Assembly (NCBI GenBank): GCA_947588275.1 | Contig: CANPYJ010000003.1 | Location: 959-64,958 of the forward strand | Length of the DNA stretch: 64,000 nucleotides | Direction of reading: 5' to 3' | From: an uncultured Alphaproteobacteria bacterium | GTDB taxonomy: Bacteria > Pseudomonadota > Alphaproteobacteria > RF32 > CAG-239 | Part shown: in pieces, positions 57,696 to 64,000 of the stretch | Numbering within the stretch: position 1 is the first letter of the stretch | Layout: every line of letters starts with the position of its first letter | Notes under the pieces: generated by a model | Told to the model about the DNA's origin: nothing | What the model saw: the letters and a program-made list of their open reading frames with translations, nothing else | Databases searched by the model: none | Translations under genes and position numbers: made by a program

Positions 57696-58862
57696 ATGTC
57701 CCCTCTCGGAAAAATTACCCTTGCTCTCATCGGTTTGCGTCTGTTTGGCGCCGAAGGTTTTTTTGTCGGCATGTTTATGGGACATCTGCTGATTGATCGC
57801 ACTCACCTGATTTTGTCTTTGCAAAAACGTCTCAGTCTGATAGATGATAACATCCGGCTACTGCTTCCCTACAAATACTATCGCTGCTACAATCGGCTGG
57901 AAGGGCATTTTTGGGGCAAAATCTGGGGAATGCTGGTCGGCGGCGTGCTCTACGGCATAGACGGCTTTATTCTTCTGTTTGTCGTCGGTCATTTCGTATT
58001 TGACACCCCCGAGAGCCGCCACGCCGTTTATTGGCGTAAAAAATTTGACCACTTCTGGGACAATCATTGGGGCAAAATCGGCGGTGCCATTATCGGATTC
58101 GTTTGTCAAAACCGCCTGATTTTGTTTTTTGGCGTTATATTGGGCTTCTTTTTTGACAATTATCGGATGGAAACCGCAAACCTGATGCCGATTGAAACTC
58201 TGCGTCGTTTTTGGAAAGGAATCAACCCCCTCAAACTTTGGCGCCATTCCAAAGAAGCTCGTCATATTTCCTACATTCGTTCCATGGCCGGATTAGCGGC
58301 CAAAGTCGCCAAGGCCGACGGCCAGGTGAGCGAAAACGAAATCCGCACTTTCAAACAGGTTTTTGCCCTGAAGGAAGATATGAGTTCTGCCGTGGCCAAA
58401 GTTTTTAACGAAGCCAAAAAAACTCCTAAAAACTATGCTTCTTTTGCTCGTCAAATCAAGCAAATTTGCCGCGGCAACATCGAAATGCAGGAAAAAAGCA
58501 TTGATAACTTGTTCAAAATTGCCGCCGCCGACGGTCAGGTCAGTCTGCCGGCTTTTGAACTCTTGCAGCAAATTGCCGAACTGATTGAATTGCCGCAGGG
58601 CAACTTTGAAATGTTGAAACGCCTCTACACGCCAAAAGCCAAAACCGAGACCGAACAGGGCTGGTATGATGTTTTGGGCGTGCTTTATACCGCTTCGAAC
58701 GATGAAATTAAAGCCCGTTGGAAAAAACTGATTGTCGAATACCATCCTGACCGCCTGCAAGCGCAAGGCGCCTCTCCGGAAGAGCTCAAAACGGCCACCG
58801 AAAAACTGGCCCAAATTAACCGCGCTTATCAGGAAATCATCAAATTGAGGACACGCCGATGA
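57696..58862 (+). CDS. djlA: DjlA-like membrane co-chaperone (triplicated TM module, TerB-like domain and C-terminal J domain)
   Basis: WGKI...G...GH.FD modules appear three times. AKADGQVSENE and AADGQVSLPAFE are TerB-like. J domain: YDVLGV...IKARWKKLIVEYHPDR. Confidence 0.75.
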   Translation: MSPLGKITLALIGLRLFGAEGFFVGMFMGHLLIDRTHLILSLQKRLSLIDDNIRLLLPYKYYRCYNRLEGHFWGKIWGMLVGGVLYGIDGFILLFVVGHFVFDTPESRHAVYWRKKFDHFWDNHWGKIGGAIIGFVCQNRLILFFGVILGFFFDNYRMETANLMPIETLRRFWKGINPLKLWRHSKEARHISYIRSMAGLAAKVAKADGQVSENEIRTFKQVFALKEDMSSAVAKVFNEAKKTPKNYASFARQIKQICRGNIEMQEKSIDNLFKIAAADGQVSLPAFELLQQIAELIELPQGNFEMLKRLYTPKAKTETEQGWYDVLGVLYTASNDEIKARWKKLIVEYHPDRLQAQGASPEELKTATEKLAQINRAYQEIIKLRTRR

Positions 58863-59575
58863 TAAACGCTCCCTTGCCGTTTTTTGACGACCGCAGCCGT
58901 TCTGTGGATATGCTGGTGCTGCATTGTACGGCCGGAACGGCAGCGCAAACTCTGCAAATTTTGCACAAACTGAACTTAAGTGCCCACTACATCATCGACC
59001 TGAACGGCGATATCTACCAATGCGTTGACGAATCAAAACGCGCGTGGCATGCCGGCGTCGGATTCTGGCGGGGAGAAGATTGCGGGCTCAACGACCGTTC
59101 CGTCGGCATCGAAATTTGTTCGCTTTCCTTAGGACAAACTCCTTATGCGCCAATACAAATACAGGCTCTGATTCCATTGTGTCTGGATATTATCGGGCGG
59201 CACAAAATTGTGCCTCAAAACATTGTCGGACATTCCGACATTGCCCCCGTGCGCAAACCTGACCCCGGAAAAGCATTTCCGTGGCGGCAGCTGGCACAGG
59301 CCGGCATCGGTTTGTGGCCGCAGGGAAATCTGGCAAAAATTTCCGATGTTGCCGCCCTTCTTTCCGACATCGGCTATGACACCCGCACGCCGCATGCCTT
59401 GCAGGCCTCGGCTTATGCGTTTTGCCGTCGGTTTGCCCCGCAGTTTGTAACCACAATTTCCGATCCGAAAATTTTGGTTGACAACTTTTTGCCTTCCGAC
59501 AACGGCTTTATGTCAGACGAAACTTTTGTTCAAACCTTGCGAGCCGTGGCTTGGACATATCAAAACACGCTATAA
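58859..59575 (+). CDS. ampD: N-acetylmuramoyl-L-alanine amidase (AmpD-like, Amidase_2)
   Basis: LVLHCTAG, HYIIDLNGDIYQ, RAWHAG, SVGIEI, GHSDIAPVRKPDPG. ATGA overlap with djlA. Confidence 0.85.
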   Translation: MINAPLPFFDDRSRSVDMLVLHCTAGTAAQTLQILHKLNLSAHYIIDLNGDIYQCVDESKRAWHAGVGFWRGEDCGLNDRSVGIEICSLSLGQTPYAPIQIQALIPLCLDIIGRHKIVPQNIVGHSDIAPVRKPDPGKAFPWRQLAQAGIGLWPQGNLAKISDVAALLSDIGYDTRTPHALQASAYAFCRRFAPQFVTTISDPKILVDNFLPSDNGFMSDETFVQTLRAVAWTYQNTL

Positions 59576-59586
59576 ACAAAACAACT

Positions 59587-62043
59587 TTATTTAGTGGCTT
59601 TATTAATGATTTTCAGGGCTTCTTCCAAAGTCGGCTCGCGCTCCTTAAGCGCCTTGGGCAAGGCATAATTTGTTCGTCCGCACTTCAAATAAGCCCCATA
59701 ACGTCCGGCCAACAAATGCACTTCCTGTTTGTTGACGGGATTAATCCCCAAGACTTTGCCGCTCGGACGCTCTTTGGCACCGGCCAAAAGTTCTTTGGCG
59801 CGCTCGGCCGTCATATTAAAAATCGTATCGCTTCCGCGCAGTGACTGCGACTTGTTGCCCTGTTTGACATAGGGACCGAATTTGCCGTTGTTGAGCGTGA
59901 TGCCGTCACCCAAATCAAGCGGCAAAGACACCAACCGTGCTGCCTGTTCAAACGTGATTTCCGCCGCCGTTAGGCCGTGAGGCAGAGAAACCCGTTTAGG
60001 TTTCTCGGTAGTGGCGGTGGCATCTTCGCCCAACTGCACATAAAACCCGTAAGGTCCTTTTTTAAGATAAAGCTTCAGTCCGTCTTGTTCGCCCAAAACC
60101 TTGTCTTCCGGTGCAGTGGCTTTAGGCTGAGCGGCAGCCTCTTCTTCCGAGCTGTCGGTCAGCGGCTTGGTATATTTGCATTCCGGATAATTGGAGCAGC
60201 CGATAAACGCTCCGAATTTTCCAAGTTTAACGCTCAGACGGCCTTTGCCGCATTCCGGACAAACTCGCGGATCCGAACCGTCTTCACGCGGCGGAAACAG
60301 ATGATAGGCCAGCATTCCGTCAATCCGCTCAATCACCTCGCTGATTTGCAGCGGCTTAACGCTGTCGATGGTCTTGATAAACTTTGCCCAAAAACCGCTG
60401 AGAAGTTTCTTCCACTCCATTTCACCGGCCGAGACATCGTCCAAAAACTCTTCCATCTGTGCCGTAAAGTCATATTCCACATATTTGCGGAAGAAATTTT
60501 CCAAAAACACCGTCACAATTCGCCCGCGGTCTTCCGGAATAAAGCGCAGCTTTTCCACGCGCACATACTTGCGCTCCTGCAAAACCGCTATAATCGTTGC
60601 ATAGGTAGACGGCCGACCGATGCCGAGCTCTTCAAGTTTTTTGACCAGACTGGCTTCGGTAAACCGCGGCGGCGGCGATGTAAAGTGCTGTTCGGGAGTA
60701 ACCTCGCCTTTGCTCACCTGTTCGCCGATTTCCACATTAGGCAAAATTCGATTTTCGTCATCGTCATCATTATCGTCTTTGGATTCCTGATAAAGTTTCA
60801 GAAAACCGTCAAATTCAATCAATTGCCCGTTAGCGCGCAGCAAAATTCGCTTATCTGCCGAAACCGAGTCAATCACCACTCTGTCCATAACCGCCGGCGT
60901 CATCTGGCATGCTACCGTACGCTTCCAAATCAGCTCATAGAGCTTGTGCGCATCGGCGTCAAGTTTGACTTCCATCTTCTTAGGCGTGTTCATCACGTCG
61001 GAGGGACGAATGGCCTCGTGCGCTTCTTGCGCGTTTTTCGACTTGGTTTTATATTCTTTGGCCGTTTTGGGCAGATAAGCCTCGCCAAAATATTTTTTAA
61101 TGGCTTCGCGGCAGGCCGTGATGGCCTCTTTTGACAAATTCACCGCGTCCGTACGCATATAAGTGATAAAGCCGTCTTCATAGAGTTTCTGAGCAATCTG
61201 CATGGTCTTCTTAGCCGAGAACCGGAGTTTGCGCGCCGCTTCTTGTTGCAAAGTAGACGTCGTAAACGGCGGCGCCGGATAACGGCTGGCCTTTTTGCGC
61301 TCGACATTGGCAACGGCAAATTCCTGCGCTTCGATTTTAGCTTTGGCGGCAAGAGCTTTTTCTTCGCTGTTAAGATCAAATTTTTCAAGTTTTTTGCCGT
61401 CAAGCTCCACCAACCGCGACTTAATCAAAGCTTTGGTCTTGGTAAACAATTCGGCATCGACGGTCCAATATTCCTCGGTCTTGAATTGTTCAATCTCGGT
61501 TTCGCGGTCGCAAATCAGCCGCAACGCCACCGACTGCACGCGCCCCGCCGATTTAGACCCCGGAAGCTTGCGCCACAGCACCGGCGACAGGGTAAACCCC
61601 ACCAAGTAGTCAAGCGCCCGCCGCGCCATATAGGCCGAAACCAAATTGTCATCAATCTGCCGCGGATTTTTAATGGCCTCGGTAATGGCCGACTTGGTAA
61701 TCTCATGAAAAACCACGCGCTCGATTTTTTTGTCTTTCAAAACCTTTTTGGCTTTGAGTTCTTCCAAAATATGCCAGGCAATCGCTTCTCCCTCTCTATC
61801 CGGGTCAGAAGCCAGCACAATCGTGTCACAATCTTTAACCGCCTTAACAATATCGCTCAGGCGTTTTTTGCCGCCGCCCGAAAGTTCCCATGTCATTGCG
61901 AAATCATGCTCCGGATCCACTGAACCGTCTTTGCTCGGCAAATCACGGATATGTCCAAAACTGGCCAGAACCTGATAGTCTTTGCCCAGATATTTATTGA
62001 TTGTTTTGGCTTTGGCCGGAGACTCTACAATAACAAGTTTCAT
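59587..62043 (-). CDS. topA: DNA topoisomerase I
   Basis: MKLVIVESPAKAKTINKYLG, TOPRIM DPDREGE, catalytic region GFITYMRTD, and one C4 Zn finger (CPECG...CSNYPEC). Confidence 0.95.
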   Translation of the reverse strand: MKLVIVESPAKAKTINKYLGKDYQVLASFGHIRDLPSKDGSVDPEHDFAMTWELSGGGKKRLSDIVKAVKDCDTIVLASDPDREGEAIAWHILEELKAKKVLKDKKIERVVFHEITKSAITEAIKNPRQIDDNLVSAYMARRALDYLVGFTLSPVLWRKLPGSKSAGRVQSVALRLICDRETEIEQFKTEEYWTVDAELFTKTKALIKSRLVELDGKKLEKFDLNSEEKALAAKAKIEAQEFAVANVERKKASRYPAPPFTTSTLQQEAARKLRFSAKKTMQIAQKLYEDGFITYMRTDAVNLSKEAITACREAIKKYFGEAYLPKTAKEYKTKSKNAQEAHEAIRPSDVMNTPKKMEVKLDADAHKLYELIWKRTVACQMTPAVMDRVVIDSVSADKRILLRANGQLIEFDGFLKLYQESKDDNDDDDENRILPNVEIGEQVSKGEVTPEQHFTSPPPRFTEASLVKKLEELGIGRPSTYATIIAVLQERKYVRVEKLRFIPEDRGRIVTVFLENFFRKYVEYDFTAQMEEFLDDVSAGEMEWKKLLSGFWAKFIKTIDSVKPLQISEVIERIDGMLAYHLFPPREDGSDPRVCPECGKGRLSVKLGKFGAFIGCSNYPECKYTKPLTDSSEEEAAAQPKATAPEDKVLGEQDGLKLYLKKGPYGFYVQLGEDATATTEKPKRVSLPHGLTAAEITFEQAARLVSLPLDLGDGITLNNGKFGPYVKQGNKSQSLRGSDTIFNMTAERAKELLAGAKERPSGKVLGINPVNKQEVHLLAGRYGAYLKCGRTNYALPKALKEREPTLEEALKIINKATK

Positions 62044-62058
62044 TTCATCTTCCTGTAA

Positions 62059-63183
62059 TCAGCGTTTAATCAGCGTGACTTTATTGCCGCTTTGGCGCTC
62101 TATTTTTCCGTCCATTTCAAGTTCCAAAAGCTCCAGGGCGACCTCGGCGGACGACAACCCGCTGGCGCGGATAATCTCGTCAACATATACTCCATCAAAG
62201 TTCAAATAGTCAATAATTTTTGTTTTGCCATCATTCAAAGCCGGTTTTGAAACCGACTCACGCACCGGTTTCAGCGTCCGCGCCGGCGCTTTGAGTTCGG
62301 GCAACACAATGTCATGCACCGTCGGTTTGGGATTGTTGTGGAGAACTTTCAGAATATCCGCTGCCGATTCGACGAGCTGCGCTCCCTGTCGGATTAAATT
62401 ATTGGGACCAAAACTGCGCGGCTCGGCCGGCGCTCCCGGAACCGCAAACAAACACTTGCCGTATCTGGCGGCACAGGCAGCCGTTATCAAGGATCCTGAT
62501 TTAAGCGTGGCTTCGACAACCAGCGTGCCTTCCGCAAGAGCCGCCACAATCTCGTTGCGACGCGGAAAATTAGCCGCCTGCGGCTGTGTCCCCGGGGCAA
62601 ACTGCGAAACGACACACCCTTGCCGCAAAATTTGTTCGTACAATTCGGCATTTTCAGCCGGATACGGCACATCGGCACCGGTACCGAGCACAGCGATCGT
62701 CGGTCCTTGCCGATTTTGGGCATACAGCGCGCCCTTATGCGCCGCCGCATCAATTCCGCGCGCCATACCGGAAACGACGACAATCCCGTTATTGGTCAAA
62801 TCATAAGCAATGCGTGACGCGGTTTTGCGACCGTTGATTGACGCGTTGCGCGCACCTACGATAGAAACTGCCGGCTTTCCGTTGAGCAGTCGCGCATCTC
62901 CCTTCACATACAGCACCGGCGGCGGTGTATTCAGACACTTGAGTGCGGCCGGATAAGTTGCGTCATCATAACACAAAATCTGGATTTTTCGCTCCTGTGT
63001 CAAGGCAAAAATTTCTTCTGCCCGTCCGCGCGGCAAAATCTTGGCGCGGCCGTTGCCGTCCAAATGCGCCAAGGCCTCGGCAGCCGAACCATAAGCCTCC
63101 AGCAGCTTATAAAAAGTAACGGCTCCCAAATTTTCGGAGTTTATAAGTTGCAAAATATCGATAATACCGGCCGTATCTGCCAA
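62059..63183 (-). CDS. dprA: DNA-processing protein DprA
   Basis: Rossmann-like DprA core (VSIVGARNAS..GR, VVSGMARGIDAAAHKGAL, TIAVLGTG) and a C-terminal winged-helix domain. TTG start. Confidence 0.88.
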   Translation of the reverse strand: MADTAGIIDILQLINSENLGAVTFYKLLEAYGSAAEALAHLDGNGRAKILPRGRAEEIFALTQERKIQILCYDDATYPAALKCLNTPPPVLYVKGDARLLNGKPAVSIVGARNASINGRKTASRIAYDLTNNGIVVVSGMARGIDAAAHKGALYAQNRQGPTIAVLGTGADVPYPAENAELYEQILRQGCVVSQFAPGTQPQAANFPRRNEIVAALAEGTLVVEATLKSGSLITAACAARYGKCLFAVPGAPAEPRSFGPNNLIRQGAQLVESAADILKVLHNNPKPTVHDIVLPELKAPARTLKPVRESVSKPALNDGKTKIIDYLNFDGVYVDEIIRASGLSSAEVALELLELEMDGKIERQSGNKVTLIKR

Positions 63184-63191
63184 TTTTCCGC

Positions 63192-63833
63192 CTACTTTTT
63201 CTTAAAACTGATTTTACTTTCCTGTCCTTTGAACAAACGCGCAAAGTTGGCGTGATGCCGCACCAAAATCAAAGCCACGATGGCCGTATAAACGACTGTG
63301 TGCACCGCGTCGCTCCAATACCATGTCAAAACCGGCGTTAAGACTGCCGCAACAATGGCGGCCAAAGACGAATATCTAAACGCAAACGCCGTAATCAACC
63401 ATATAAGCAAAGCGGCCAAAGCAATCTTGGGCGTCAGCACCAGCACCAATCCAAAAGATGAAGCGACGCCCTTCCCTCCCTTAAACTTGAGCCATAACGG
63501 AAAATTGTGTCCGATAACCGCTGCGCCGCCGGCAATCAATCCGCCCAAAACTGCCGTTGTCGTCGGCATGCCCCACAAGCTGTAGGCCGTATCCGGACAC
63601 CACCGACGTGCCGCATACGCCGCCAAACCGGCCTTAAACACATCAAGCAACAACGTAGCCAGCGCCAATGTCTTGTTGCCCGTACGCAAAACATTGGTTG
63701 CCCCGATGTTGCCGGAACCGATTTTGCGAATATCGCCGTATCCGGCCAAATAACACAACACCAGCCCAAACGGAACAGAACCCAGCAAATATCCGCCGGC
63801 CGCGCACAGGCCAAAAAGTTCGGTTATTGTCAT
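63192..63833 (-). CDS. plsY: Glycerol-3-phosphate acyltransferase PlsY
   Basis: YLLGSVPFG..., GSGNIGATNV, HNFPLWLKFKGGKGVA. ATG follows an AGGGAGA SD. Confidence 0.92.
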   Translation of the reverse strand: MTITELFGLCAAGGYLLGSVPFGLVLCYLAGYGDIRKIGSGNIGATNVLRTGNKTLALATLLLDVFKAGLAAYAARRWCPDTAYSLWGMPTTTAVLGGLIAGGAAVIGHNFPLWLKFKGGKGVASSFGLVLVLTPKIALAALLIWLITAFAFRYSSLAAIVAAVLTPVLTWYWSDAVHTVVYTAIVALILVRHHANFARLFKGQESKISFKKK

Positions 63834-63937
63834 CAACAATTCTCCCTCTTTTTAATCTCAAGTTATTTTTTAACCTCAATTGCTCCGCTTGGCAACCCCG
63901 ATTGCGCGTCTTGGCACAACTTTTATGTCTTGCCTGC

Positions 63938-63971
63938 AAAAAAAACGGGAACCCGAAAGCTCCCGTTTTTT
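63938..63971. terminator. Hairpin terminator at the window edge
   Basis: ACGGGA...TCCCGT flanked by A8 and T6 runs. The gene it serves lies outside the window. Confidence 0.5.
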
Positions 63972-64000
63972 GTCTCTTTGTTGCGCAAAATCAAAGTTTT

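Noticed and set aside
56037-57824. Long minus-strand ORFs (56037..56783 and 57138..57824).
   Set aside because: Antisense to deoB and pgeF.
59977-61923. Long plus-strand ORFs (59977..61134 and 61243..61923).
   Set aside because: Antisense to topA.

Overview
This is a chromosomal segment whose backbone looks alphaproteobacterial. The evidence is the RpoA N-terminus [12 protein letters not shown], adk sitting between secY and rpsM with no rpmJ/infA, and the presence of DUF465, DUF3108 and a COG4321-type RHH protein. Most of the window is housekeeping: mutY, mreBCD-mrdA-rodA, miaA, ddl, yajC-secDF, the S10/spc/alpha ribosomal-protein supercluster (rpsJ to rplQ, minus strand), tolB, ruvX, csp, lepA, deoB, pgeF, a djlA-like gene, ampD, topA, dprA and plsY. 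I found no rRNA, tRNA, CRISPR array, transposase or integrase.

Five things are not ordinary.
1. A five-gene, clostridial-style cassette lies at 5.5-10.5 kb. It encodes a putative H2-sensing [FeFe]-hydrogenase (HydS-like), a translationally coupled PP2C phosphatase, two thioredoxin-like 2Fe-2S ferredoxins and a group-B-type [FeFe]-hydrogenase.
2. Divergently adjacent to that cassette (2.8-5.4 kb) are two tandem paralogs that read as stand-alone degenerate GGDEF-EAL proteins. One carries a 4-Cys tail.
3. A lower-GC two-gene island without Shine-Dalgarno sequences (20.2-23.1 kb) encodes a Bacteroidota-style surface lipoprotein and a beta-barrel OMP.
4. The normally invariant ribosomal supercluster is broken twice by foreign-looking insertions. 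One is 6.2 kb between rpoA and rplQ, the other 1.8 kb between rplO and secY. Each is bracketed by terminators. Palindromic elements also sit inside the spc region.
5. The DjlA-like co-chaperone has a triplicated N-terminal membrane module.

All functional calls rest on motif recognition by eye. No database search was run.
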